Below, one piece after another: positions 33,293 to 46,098 of a stretch of 64,000 nucleotides of DNA. The stretch spans positions 1,302,001 to 1,366,000 of the forward strand of contig NC_079240.1 of NCBI RefSeq assembly GCF_027921745.1, given 5' to 3'. The translations under genes and the position numbers were made by a program. The DNA comes from Schizosaccharomyces osmophilus (taxonomy: Eukaryota). The notes under the pieces are model-generated. The model had not been told where the DNA came from and did not search any database. It saw nothing but the letters and a program-made list of their open reading frames with translations. How positions within the stretch are numbered: position 1 is the stretch's first letter; each line of letters starts with the position of its first letter.

Positions 33293-33788
33293 ACAAGTCT
33301 TTCTAGATTTCTAAAAGTCGAAATGTTATGACAATTTGTTTTTTAGGGTATCTATCACTTTTTTGTTCATATATACATATATCCTTTCTTATACATTTGG
33401 TACGTCTCTTAGAATGTTGCCTTTTTATACTTTAATAGGTGTTAAAACTAAACAATTAATTCTATAATACCCTTTTTGATTCACAAATGTATACCATTTT
33501 ACCTGCAGCAGCTATATCTAAATACTATTTTGATCTCAAGTTACCCTCTGATTATTTGAACTAATTGATTTCTTCATTTTTCATAACAGTATTCAATCGG
33601 GTCGGTTCTCAAAAGCGTTAGAATTTCATCTTACTGTTTTTTCATTGTAAATATTCCCAACTTACCAAAGTCATTTAAAGCATTTAAAGAGATACAACGC
33701 GACATAACGAAACAACCCCATACTAATTCCGTTTACAAAAGCATAATATGTACCCAGAGCAAGGTACTCCAAAGGTTAGTTTGTACCT

Positions 33789-35206
33789 ATGTCCTGGTCT
33801 GAATATCTGCGTGAAATTGCGCAGAGATTTGAGGAAGCAGCTGAAGAGTTAACGTCGGTATTTGAATTGCCTCCAGACTTACTGAATGATATAACTGAGG
33901 AGGACGGCGAAAGCATTCCAAGGACTAGTTCCTTTTTGTCTGAAAGAGAACAATTGGTAGAGGAAGATGAAGAGGATGAGCGGATCTTGCGTGGAGTTGA
34001 CCTGAATAATCAAGATTCGGTTCGCAAAAAGATTCAAGAAATACAGTCTCAAAATGAATTTGACGAGAAACGAAAGGCTTCTGTTATGCAGGTATGACAG
34101 GAAACTCAGATTAAGGGATTGATGTTAATGACTATCCAGAAACTGTTGATGTCCGGTTATGTAAAGTATCGCAAGGATAAGAAAAAACTTACAGTGACTG
34201 ATGAAAGCGGTTTAAACTTTAAGGATTTAGAGCCGTCGTTTCATGATAAGGAACACGATATTTACGGGTGTAAGCATTATATGCGTAATTGTAAAAAGCA
34301 ATGCGCTGATTGCAAACAATGGTTTCCGTGCAGGCACTGTCATAATGAAGTGAGTGATCATACACTAAATCGAAACGCTACCGAAAATATGCTATGTATG
34401 TTTTGCTTGAATACACAACCAGCTGCTGAGAAGTGCAAGTTTTGTCGAAAGTCTATGGCTCGTTATTATTGCAAAAAGGTATGAGCCAGAGGAGGTTATA
34501 AAGTTTTTACTAAAACATAACACATAGTGCAAATTATGGGATGATGATCCGTCGAAAACCAGTTATCATTGTGATGACTGTGGCATTTGCCGAATAGGTC
34601 GTGGCGTGGGCGATGACTATTATCATTGCAAGGTAAGAAAAGTCTTGTCAAATAAATTTCGCTGATATTTACATTTAGATTTGTGGTATTTGCCTTCCTA
34701 TTGCTGTTTATGATACTCATCGGTGCATTGAGCGAAGCACAGATTGCAATTGCCCAATTTGTGGAGAATACATGTTCAACTCGACGGAAAGAGTGGCTTT
34801 TCTCCCTTGTTCTCATCCACTACATCAACGTTGTTATGGTGATTATATAAAAACAAATTATCGCTGCCCAACGTGCTCAAAGACAATAATCAATGTCAAT
34901 TCCATGTTTCGCATCTTGGATATGGAAGTTGAACGACAACCCATGCCGTATCCTTATAACACATGGATTTCTACTATACACTGTAACGATTGCAGCTCTC
35001 GATCTGATACCAACTATCATTTTCTTGGACACAAATGCAAATCTTGTCACTCCTACAACACTTGTATATCATCTATCTACAAACCCCTTGATCATCCTCA
35101 AGTGTCTATTCCGCGACTTGCGACTGCTGAAGATGCTGGTATGCGAAGGTTGATGGGACACTCATGGGATTCCAATGACGACGAATTTGGCATGTTTAGA
35201 TTTTAA
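33789..35206 (+). CDS. CHY-zinc finger/RING E3 ubiquitin ligase (Pirh2/RCHY1-like; exons 33789-34091, 34140-34478, 34528-34631, 34679-35206)
   Basis: GCKHYMRNCK...CRHCHNE (CHY), CPICGEYMF...LPCSHPLH...YRCPTC (RING-H2) and CNDC...HFLGHKC zinc ribbon. Confidence 0.92.
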
Positions 35207-36161
35207 TGAGACACTTTCAGATAAATGGATTATGCAGGCATTTTTTTGGTTAATAAAGAAGATTCTTTCTTTTGCATTACACAACTTGGTTTATATCATT
35301 GATCTGTTGAATCCTTGCATATTTTCATGATTTCTATGGCTTTAATTTTTTCTTCGACGAGGTTTACTTAATTATAAGAGGTATTTATTGACGAAGGCTT
35401 TTCATATCCAAAATTTTTTTTGGTTGTGGTTAAGCTATTCCCCTATTTTAATTGAAAGATGAACGGTTAGTTTGATTCCATTTCATTTCCTTCCGGTGAA
35501 TACACTACACTTGTAAATGCTTATAGTAAACCATGGCTTTTACAGTTGGTGGTTTTGTATTGAGAAAGAGATTATGAAATCCAACACCTTATATCAGAAA
35601 TTACTTTGAAAACCTGAAGCCATTTGGTCTCCGATTTTCAGGGTTCTCACTAGTATCATAATTAATTATATTTCATTTAGTTTTCTTTCTTTTATCTTTT
35701 TATATTTTGCTTATAACGTATACCACCTATATTCGGATTGTCGCAATCCCCTTTGATGTATAATGGTAACATTGAACCAGAAAATAAAGTTTCTTTTTTT
35801 TAAAAAAAAAACAACACAGTGAAAAGAAAGAAACCATAAAAATAAGTAAAAACAAATAAAGTGTATTTCCTTCTTCCTGTTTCATTAAGTATTTAGGAAC
35901 ATTTTTTTGTTCAACGTAGTGCACTCTCCTTCCCCTATAAACATATCGAGAATATCAACTTTACTTTTCTTTCTCAACCACGATCAACCATTTTAAGGAA
36001 CGAAAAAAAAAGAAACAAGAAGGAAGCAATTCAAAAACTTTTTTATTGATTCCATTAATAAAAATAAAAGAAAATCTCTTCTATCTTTTATAAAACCAGA
36101 AGCTAAGCGAAACTATCTTTTTTCGGAGACGGGGATTTGAACCTGCATAATTGCTGTCGCC

Positions 36162-37556
36162 ATGAATAATACAAGCGCGGATAACACGTTCAGCTCTACT
36201 ACAGCACCTGCTTCAGTTTCCTCCACCCCTCTATCCAGTAGTGACGCATCGCCCACCTCTGCGTTGGGTTCACCTTCCTCTTCCTCTGACGCTACTAGTT
36301 CGACGGCACCGTCATCCTCGAGCGACGACAACGGTGGTTCCAGCACTTCCAGTCAAAGTCCTTCTACCACTTCTTCGTCGGGTCAGGGAGGTGACGGCAG
36401 TGGTAGTTCCAGCGACTCCGGATCTAGTTCCTCCAGTTCTCCTTCATCTTCGGATTTAGTCAGTTCTTCTGGAAGCATCGTCAGTAGCGTTTACAGTGAT
36501 GGACCCTCTTTCGTTACTGAAATTTCAACTTCATATGTTTCCCATACTGGTTCTCCCAACTGGAATACTTCCTCTCCTGTAAGCTCGGCCACTTCTCAAC
36601 CTCATTCTAGTAAAACATCGCTTTCTGCCTCTGGTCATTTGGCTTCTGACTCTAAAAAGACTGGTGGTAGTAATCATAAAAGCGTGGTCATTGGGTGTGC
36701 GGTTGCCATTCCTATCGGTGTGGTACTCATTTTAATTGGCCTCGGTATCTTCTTTTGGAAGAGACTTCAACGAGCCAAACGAATTAAAGCCGAGCGCATG
36801 CAAGAAGTTGAGGAGTATGGCTTCAATCCCAATCAAAGCAACAATTTCCGTGGCCCGAACCGAGCCTCTTCCCCCGATAGGTATCGGGGTTGGAGCGGAA
36901 GTCCTGCTCCAGCTGTCGCTAGTACTGGTTCCGGTCGTCCTATTGCTACCAGACCTGCTGCTGCCGCTCCCAACGCCTCACCTCCCAACGCCTCGCCTCC
37001 TAATGCCTCACCTCCAAACACCGGTGCTTCTCAAAATTCTACAAGTACTGCACGCCCTAGCCCAGGTACGGCGGCTGCCCCTGGAGCTGCTGCAGGTGCA
37101 GGTGCAGGTTTGGCGGGTGGAGCCGCTGCGGCCAATCGTAATGCTCCAAACAATTCTGTTGCTTCAAATCGTATGGTCCGACCTATTGGCAATCCTACCC
37201 AACCGAGTCCTCCCGACAATACAGCGGGTCCTCAAGCTGCCAACAATGGGAGCAATTTTTCTGAAGGGTTAGGCGCGTCTCCTTTTGATGAACATAATCA
37301 AGACGAAGCGGAGCAAAATGGATCTGAAGCTTTCTTTGAAGGCCCTTTAGCTACCATTCCTGAAAGTGATACTGAAAGTCAGACTAGTGAGGCTCCTCCA
37401 AACTCTTCTGAGTCTTCCAGATTGCTATCCCGCAATTCTCGTCGTCCTTCGCCAAGTGAAAGTGTTACAAGCCAGCCTAACTACTCTCCATTTGCCGATA
37501 GTAGTCAGGTGCCACGTCGCACCTCTGGTGAGGCTCTTCGTCAAAACATGATTTAA
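36162..37556 (+). CDS. mtl2: Mid2-like Ser/Thr-rich single-TM cell-wall sensor
   Basis: Ser/Thr-rich ectodomain, TM VVIGCAVAIPIGVVLILIGLGIFFW, cytoplasmic tail. Syntenic position before pub1. Confidence 0.82.
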   Translation: MNNTSADNTFSSTTAPASVSSTPLSSSDASPTSALGSPSSSSDATSSTAPSSSSDDNGGSSTSSQSPSTTSSSGQGGDGSGSSSDSGSSSSSSPSSSDLVSSSGSIVSSVYSDGPSFVTEISTSYVSHTGSPNWNTSSPVSSATSQPHSSKTSLSASGHLASDSKKTGGSNHKSVVIGCAVAIPIGVVLILIGLGIFFWKRLQRAKRIKAERMQEVEEYGFNPNQSNNFRGPNRASSPDRYRGWSGSPAPAVASTGSGRPIATRPAAAAPNASPPNASPPNASPPNTGASQNSTSTARPSPGTAAAPGAAAGAGAGLAGGAAAANRNAPNNSVASNRMVRPIGNPTQPSPPDNTAGPQAANNGSNFSEGLGASPFDEHNQDEAEQNGSEAFFEGPLATIPESDTESQTSEAPPNSSESSRLLSRNSRRPSPSESVTSQPNYSPFADSSQVPRRTSGEALRQNMI

Positions 37557-38933
37557 TTGTAATCATCTCATGAATATTATAGAGCCCTATGATATTCTTT
37601 TCACAAAATCGTTGCTACTGATCTCTGGCAGCTATGATTGCTATTAACCTTTATGGTGGGTAAATTTGTGAGATCTAAATGGCTTTGCTATGCATGCTCA
37701 CACTTAATTAATATATAAGAAGACGCTCAATTGGTATAAGCCATGTTTTCTTGTGATTGAACGTCTGATATGTTCAAAAGAAATGAACTTTATTTGGGTA
37801 TTTACTTGTTTGATTTAACCTCCTTGATTTATAGAACGGAACACTCTTTTTCGTTTCTTCTCACTAAAAATGTAAAAAATTGATATATTTGCTAGATGCC
37901 AAACAAGCATCTAGCTTTGCAAGTGCTTTCATCCGATCGTTTGACATCTCGAAACCTTTCCTTTATTCCCGCATTACCTACCTTCTTTCCATGATTTTCT
38001 GCATCTGTTTATTTTTCTTTATTTTATTTACTTACTTTCTCGTTTCACATTAGTTTGTTTTCTTCTAGACCATCCCTTTTATATGTAACGCTATACATTT
38101 ACGAGGGATATTAAAGTGTGCAAGCTTCTTTACTCGTTTCCTATGTCAAAACTCGTGCTTTTGATGTTTATGGACATCACAATTATAGAAAATCAAATAT
38201 TTCTTCTTCCTAGTTCCCCTTGATTTTTTTCTTCGTCGTTCACACATTTGGTTGTTAAGGCCCATAAAGCTTCTGTACAAATAAGTTAGCACAGTTATGA
38301 ATTTCTTTTTCATTTCTCTTGCTTGAAATCTAATTGTCATTCATTTGGATCTTAAAATGCACAGCCTGTGAGTCTGGTCTCAAACTCCATTTTCCAAGTA
38401 CTCTCATCTACTTGTTTTATGTAACTACAATCTGTTTTTACATTATAAGCTTTATAATATCCTTGGTAATCATAATCTCTTAAACAAACAAATGTCTTTA
38501 TTTACACTTCTTTCACTCATTATGTTGTAAGTATTATTCAATTGTAAAGTACATCCGATATGGAACATTTCATCCTTATATTTGATTGTGCTGTAAATTC
38601 CAATACGGTACGTTGTGATAACGAGATAAAATAGCTTAGCTTATTCATTGAAGAAAAGCTCATCAAAATGCGTGGTATGTAGTTGGATTTTCTTACTTAC
38701 TACGCGAAATCCGTCGGATTTCAAGTTGTGCCTTCAAAGCACGAATTTGGATTGATATTTGATTATTTTAAGTATTATTTATTATACGAAAGCGTAAAAT
38801 ACTTTTCGAGGACAATTGGTGCGTTTGATTTTCGCTTTCAGAGCGTAAACGCAGACAAAGGATTGGACCTTACTCTGAACATCTACGAGAAATTGAAGAT
38901 ATTATTGCATAACAAAATATTGGTTTCATACAT

Positions 38934-41422
38934 ATGTCAAGTTTTAATCAGTACGTGGTTTGTTTTGGTTGTATGAACATGAAGCTAACTATATGTTTTT
39001 TAGGACTCGAAATCTTCGAGTAACAGGTATATGACTTGTAGAGGAGTTCTCGCTAATTAAATGTAGTTGTCGCAGCTGATGGCCTTTACAAACGTGATGT
39101 TTTCCGATTTCCAGATCCTTTTGCGGTGTTAACTGTAGATGGTGAACAAACACATACTACTACCGCCATAAAGAAGACTTTAAATCCTTATTGGAATGAG
39201 ACCTTTGAAGTGTAAGTCAAGTTCTTCCGGTAGGCTTAAAGGCGGATGTCCCTTTACCTACCATATCTGGAAAGCGTTAGGGGACTTGATGTTTCCTGCA
39301 TGCCTGTCCTATTTTTATCTTTTTCTTTTTGGCTTAACTAACAACATGCAGAAACGTCGGTGAAAATAGCACGATTGCTATTCAAATATTTGACCAAAAG
39401 AAGTTTAAAAAGAAGGGTCAAGGTTTCCTCGGTGTAATAAATGTTCGAATTGGCGACGTGATAGATTTAGTAGTAGGCGGAGACGAGATGTTGACTCGTG
39501 AACTGAAAAAGTCTAATGAGAATACAGTGGTTCACGGGAAAATCATTTTAAATCTCTCAACCACTACCCAATCCGGTTTACAAGTTCCTTCAGCTGCTGC
39601 TTCTGGTACGAGTATCTCTAATGCTGAATCTGAAAGAGGTTCTGGGACCACCACGCCTTCTCGAAGCACCGGCGACAGTGCTGCCGCTGTTCCCACTGAG
39701 CCGCGCACGTACAGTTCCTTTGAAGATCAATACGGAAGACTTCCACCTGGATGGGAGAGACGGACCGACAATCTGGGCCGTACGTACTATGTTGATCATA
39801 ACACTCGGAGCACAACCTGGATACGTCCCAACCTGGGTGCTATTATAGGCAACGATCAACCTCCAGTCGTGAACGAAGAAAGAAATGCGGTTACTGAAGG
39901 TCTTCAGCCTCCTTCCAGTGTTCCAGCTAGACGTACTGAAGCCAGTATGTTGACATCGAACGCTACTACTGCTGGTTCTGGTGAGCTTCCTCCTGGATGG
40001 GAACAGAGGTACACTCCGGAAGGCCGTCCTTACTTTGTAGACCACAACACAAGGACTACAACCTGGGTTGATCCACGCCGACAGCAGTATATTCGGACAT
40101 ATGGTGGTCCAAACAATGCGACAATACAACAACAACCTGTATCGCAATTGGGCCCACTCCCTAGTGGCTGGGAAATGCGTCTCACCAATACCGCTCGAGT
40201 ATATTTTGTAGATCACAATACGAAAACGACTACTTGGGATGATCCACGTCTTCCTTCATCTCTGGATCAAAATGTTCCACAGTATAAGCGCGATTTTCGA
40301 CGAAAACTTATTTACTTTTTATCTCAACCAGCTTTGCATCCTTTGCCTGGACAATGCCATATTAAAGTTAGGCGAACCAGCATCTTTGAAGATTCATACG
40401 CAGAAATCATGCGACAGTCGGCGTCAGACCTGAAAAAACGCTTGATGATTAAATTTGAAGGAGAAGACGGATTAGATTATGGTGGTTTATCGCGTGAATA
40501 CTTTTATCTGCTGTCTCATGAAATGTTTAACCCTTTTTACTGTCTATTTGAATATTCTTCCATGGATAACTATACATTACAAATCAACCCACATTCTGGA
40601 ATCAATCCCGAACACCTAAACTATTTCAAGTTTATTGGACGTGTAATTGGACTAGCAGTTTTTCATCGACGTTTTGTTGATGCCTTCTTTGTCGTCTCTT
40701 TTTACAAGATGATTCTGCAAAAGAAAATAAGTTTGCAGGACATGGAAAGTATGGATGCAGAATATTATCGAAGCTTAGTTTGGATTTTGAAAAATGATAT
40801 TACGGGGATTCTGGATTTGACATTCAGCGTGGAAGATAATCGTTTTGGTGAAGTGGTCACGATTGATTTGAAGCCCGATGGACGTAATATAGAAGTAACT
40901 GAAGAAAACAAAAGAGAATACGTTGATTTGGTGACGGTTTGGCGCGTAGAGAAGCGCATAGAAGGTCAATTTGGTGCTTTTCATGAAGGATTTAGTGAAC
41001 TTATTCCCCAAGACTTGATTAATGTGTTTGATGAACGGGAATTGGAGCTTTTAATTGGTGGTATCTCGGAAGTTGATATGGATGACTGGATAAAGCATAC
41101 TGATTATCGTTCATACAGCGATTCTGACCCACTTATAAAATGGTTCTGGGAACTTATGAATGAATGGAGCAATGAAAAGAAGTCGCGACTTTTGCAGTTC
41201 ACTACGGGTACAAGCCGTATACCTGTGAATGGTTTCAAAGATTTACAGGGAAGCGATGGACCCCGAAGGTTCACGATTGAAAAGTCTGGTGAATCATCAA
41301 AATTACCTAAAGCACATACTTGCTTTAATCGACTGGATCTTCCTCCATACATATCTAAGCATGAGTTGGATCATAAGTTGTCTATTGCCGTTGAAGAAAC
41401 CATTGGTTTCGGTCAAGAATAG
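38934..41422 (+). CDS. pub1: HECT E3 ubiquitin ligase Pub1 (Nedd4/Rsp5 family; exons 38934-38950, 39004-39026, 39067-39211, 39352-41422)
   Basis: C2 domain ([19 protein letters not shown]), three WW domains, HECT domain ending [14 protein letters not shown]...ETIGFGQE. Confidence 0.95.
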
Positions 41423-42176
41423 TTGTTTTCCCAAATAACAGAAAATCTGGAATCTTTTGTTTACTTTTTCTTTATTATTTCTACATTCTCATCCATATTC
41501 GACCCCATATACGCTTTTGTTGGTACTCATTATGCGTCCTTTTGGATGCTGTGCTATTATTGCTATGGTCAACCGCATGCACACATAGCCATAAATTTAT
41601 TTTCATTTCACTTTCCGTTGTTAAGCGAATCCGTTTATCTTACCATCTTTGCTTGAGACGTTACCGTCATTAATTTTCTTATGAAAGTTATGTAAACCAT
41701 TAGGGATAATTTTATTTATGAAATAACTCGCCCTTTTCGTTCATAAACCTAATCCAGCTAAGCTGCACAACAGGGTCTGTTTCTTTTTCGTAGCATGAAG
41801 AATGCATAAAGCGTTCGTAGAGACATTCTATAATCACTCAATTTCATAAAAGTTCGTACATATGCCTCGTCATATACAACGACAAGCATCCACCATTTAA
41901 TATAAGAACAGGTAAGCTCATTCTGCAACAAGTCAGTACTTTCATTGTAGATTACATTCTCTTTCTTTTGAATTTCCATTTGACTTTGTTGTCACATAAT
42001 TCTATTTTAGGTAACAAGTAACAAAGCATGTAACCCTACGCGGGTTTTGATTGCACTAGAGAGCACAAGCATCATCATCGGTTTCAAAGGGATTTCGAGT
42101 GAGCTACCCGCTTTTCCTCTACCAACAACAAAACAGGTTGAAGGGACCCAAGTTGATTAGAAAACAGTAAATAGAA

Positions 42177-43247
42177 ATGTTTCAAACAGCAGTTAGGAGG
42201 TCATCTGTATTCCAGCCTTTAAAATATGGTGGAAAGTACACGGTAACTTTGATCCCAGGAGACGGTACCGGCAAAGAAATATCCAACTCGGTTTCGACTA
42301 TCTTCAAGGCTGCCAATGTCCCTGTAGAGTTTGAAGAAATCGATGTGACGGGAATGGACAAGAGAGACAAACCAACAGAAGTGGCTTTACATGAAGCAAT
42401 TCAATCTATGAAGCGTAACAAGGTTGGTTTGAAGGGAATTTTTTACACTCCTTCCGAACGCGACGGACACACTTCTTTTAACGTTGCTTTACGTAAGGAA
42501 TTAGACTTGTATGCATCCTTATCGCTCATAAAAAACATCCCGGGCTTAAAGACTCGTCATACCGGTGTCGACTTTGCTCTTATTCGTGAAAATACCGAAG
42601 GTGAGTATTCCGGATTAGAGCATCAATCCGTTCCCGGTGTGGTTGAGTCTCTTAAAATTATAACCGAAGCAAAGTCGAAGCGTATTGCTCAATTTGCTTT
42701 TGACTTTGCTCTTAAAAACAACAGAAAGTCAGTTACTTGTATTCATAAAGCTAATATTATGAAGATGGCTGACGGTCTTTTCCGTAAAACATTTTACAAC
42801 ACCGCTGCTAATTACGAGTCTATTACTGCAAATGATTTGATCGTTGACAATGCTTCTATGCAGGCCGTCTCTCGCCCTCAACAATTCGATGTACTTGTTA
42901 CTCCCAATTTGTACGGAAGCATCTTAAGCAACATCGGTAGTGGCCTCGTTGGTGGTCCTGGCGTTGTCCCCGGTGGTAACTTTGGACATGAGAATGCTCT
43001 TTTCGAACCTGGCTGCCGCCATACTCAATTAAACATTACCGGACGTAATGAAGCCAACCCTACCGCCATGATCCTTAGTGCTTGCATGATGCTTCGTCAC
43101 CTTAACTTGAAGGAATATGCTGACTTGATCAATGCTGCCACTTATTCTGTTCTTGAGGACGGCAAGACTGTCACTAAAGATTTGAACGGTACCGCCAACA
43201 CTGAGGAATTTACTCGTGCCATTCTTGAAAAAATGGAGAGACTTTGA
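42177..43247 (+). CDS. idh1: NAD-dependent isocitrate dehydrogenase subunit 1, mitochondrial
   Basis: KYGGKYTVTLIPGDG, RENTEGEYSGLEH, HKANIMK and FEPGCRH (regulatory subunit signature). Confidence 0.95.
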   Translation: MFQTAVRRSSVFQPLKYGGKYTVTLIPGDGTGKEISNSVSTIFKAANVPVEFEEIDVTGMDKRDKPTEVALHEAIQSMKRNKVGLKGIFYTPSERDGHTSFNVALRKELDLYASLSLIKNIPGLKTRHTGVDFALIRENTEGEYSGLEHQSVPGVVESLKIITEAKSKRIAQFAFDFALKNNRKSVTCIHKANIMKMADGLFRKTFYNTAANYESITANDLIVDNASMQAVSRPQQFDVLVTPNLYGSILSNIGSGLVGGPGVVPGGNFGHENALFEPGCRHTQLNITGRNEANPTAMILSACMMLRHLNLKEYADLINAATYSVLEDGKTVTKDLNGTANTEEFTRAILEKMERL

Positions 43248-44109
43248 GCTTTTTCATGTTATTTATCTATGAACTTCTCTCGTTTGCATGCAAAGCCTGC
43301 TTCGTTTATGTAAAATGGATTCCCCCTCTCATCTTTAACTCATGCATCTAGTCAAGAAAACTAGGTGAAATCTGTTTTATTTTCCCCTAGTTTTCCATTA
43401 TGTCTACTATTATCTAGTTACTTTGCTTTATATGGTAACAGTAAGTTTGGACCAATAAATTTTATAACTTTCCTTGTCTTATTCTATGAATTCACTATTT
43501 TCAATGCCCTGACTACCGGATACGGTGATTCTCAATAAAATGTCAAATTCCTCATATACAGTTAGTTTTGCTATTGTAGGCTTGCCGAAATCTCGTTTTT
43601 TCTTTTATAGAAATCTAAGTACTGAAAAGTATAAGCAGTAGTATTCAAATTATACTCGTTTTTACTTATGATTTCCTTTTTGAAGCTGTGTTTTTGATAA
43701 TGCTGGTGGTAGAAATGAGGAATGTATTTGTGAGCTTTAGGCAGGATAGGATCTATTTGTATTTTAAAAATTGTCGCAAAATCACAATGTAAAGGCAATA
43801 GGGATGCCCGTGATCTGTCCTATTCTCCTTCACTCACTTGCCCTTCATTGGGGTTTCATAAATTGCACCTTCATTAACAGAATTGCTAAGGAATGGATTT
43901 TTATTTACTTCATCTGGTGTATTACAAGCAATAAATACTTTCTCTACTTGGTAAAGCATGATTACTCACCACTCTTCTGGTAGTCTCGAAATTATAAAAA
44001 AAGCAATCAGGTATCTATGAATATCCCGGAAATATTCATCAACAACTGCTGCTGTAACTCTGTGCAGTTCTAATGATGTGCAATACATAGGAACCATTAC
44101 GAAGTTATA

Positions 44110-45060
44110 CTTTCTAACAAGCACACAGGATAGCTTTCAATACGGAACCTAAAAAGCTTCTGCCAAGTTCGATTAAGGTAACTTTTCTATGGAACATAAC
44201 TTTGCATATGTCTGTAAAATCGACTTCCAGTATTGTTAAGAAAGCTAATGTTGCTGAAGCATCATCCATGCTTGGCACTTTTAGTCGTTAAAACTTGTTT
44301 CCATTACTCTTTGACTTTTGCATTTGTAAGCCATCATAATGAATTATAAAAGAAGAATGTTTGAATTTCAAGAGTAGCCATACTTGTTCTAATAGGAAGC
44401 CGAAGTGCTTTCCTCGATAAGTGTATAATGTATTCGGCATTGACAAATTCTTTTGCCGTTAATTCATTAGGACTAGTATTCACAGTGGAATTGTTTTCCT
44501 TCAATGTTATGGGGCAAAACACAAACATTCGAAGCAACTTGAGTACCAACTCTACTATGTAAAAATGGTTAAGGAACCAAGAAGCAATTGCGAAAGGACC
44601 AAAACAACCCAAACGTTTTGAATCATAGGAAAATAATATTTCTTGTAAGTTTCAAGGAATTAGTGTTTATCTTTAGTCAACATGGATTTCAATTGAGAAT
44701 CTCAAGCGGTCGGCCTTTATAAGAACATCATTATGGATCATGTAATACAGAGAGGTCATGGAGCACCCATACGCACATTTAACTAGCCTAGCATCTTTAA
44801 AATACTTCATTATGTAGTCCAACGGTTCAACAGCTGTCATCCTCTTACACTTTATTAGCTTGTAGTATGGTAAACAAGTCGCCATAACAATTCCTATACG
44901 ATATTCGCAAGTCCCTTGTTCCAGTTCACACAATAAAAATACAACAAAAACCTCGATTTAACAGTTTATATCGGCAGCTTCCCAGATGACTTTTCGTCCG
45001 ACCTAATAGAACCTTTCATCACGAGGATGACTTTGAGTAAAGATTTTTAAGCAAGCGGTA
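44110..45060 (-). pseudogene. Decayed UPF0300-family (mug132-like) paralog
   Basis: Collinear blocks similar to the 47675-49033 protein, interrupted by several in-frame stops and a frameshift near 44345. Boundaries are approximate. Confidence 0.7.
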
Positions 45061-45243
45061 GGGAAAATAAAGTCTCCAATTCAGATATGATTCATCAAGA
45101 ATAAAATAACATTTTACATAAAGTTGCTTGGATTTTTATGTCTTGGTAATGACAAACACAATTCTATTACCCAAAGCTACAGGTTCGCTGCATCGCGTTA
45201 TCTTGGTTTACGACATAAAGTGTTTCAGTTAATGGGAAATGCA

Positions 45244-45251
45244 CGTGACTG
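45244..45251 (+). promoter_or_regulatory. Homol D-like box (CGTGACTG) upstream of ubi1
   Basis: 7/8 match to TGTGACTG, about 63 nt before the ATG of a ribosomal protein gene. Confidence 0.55.
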
Positions 45252-45280
45252 CTTTTTTGGGCCCAAAACTAGAGGAATAA

Positions 45281-45700
<420 letters not shown>

Positions 45701-46098
45701 ATGCATACATTTGGGGTTTGTGTTCTTGCCTTCGTCTTGTCTTGTCATTTGAATAGCAAGTCAAAGAATATATTTAAATGGCACGGTTGTGAAAGCATGT
45801 TCAAAATCCATGGTAGTGTACCAGCTCTAAATATATTAGCTATTTGAGTGGACATATTGACAAAATTGTTCCTTCCGGTATTAGTATATAGTAAGGGGGT
45901 AATGATAATTGATTCGTAAACGTGTATGTTCAGCAATGTAAAATGAGTTGAAGCGCTTTATTTCAATTTCTATTTTGATAATAAACAAGTGTCCAGTAGG
46001 TGAACTTAATAACCCATGCATCCGAAATACGTTTATCGATGCTGTTGGATCCGGTAAGGCAGTATAGTGGATATCAAGTAAGATGGAGTTTAGTAATA

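Noticed and set aside
38683..38976. 97-codon TTG-started ORF overlapping the pub1 start
   Set aside because: No ATG start and no recognisable homology. Likely 5' UTR or promoter.
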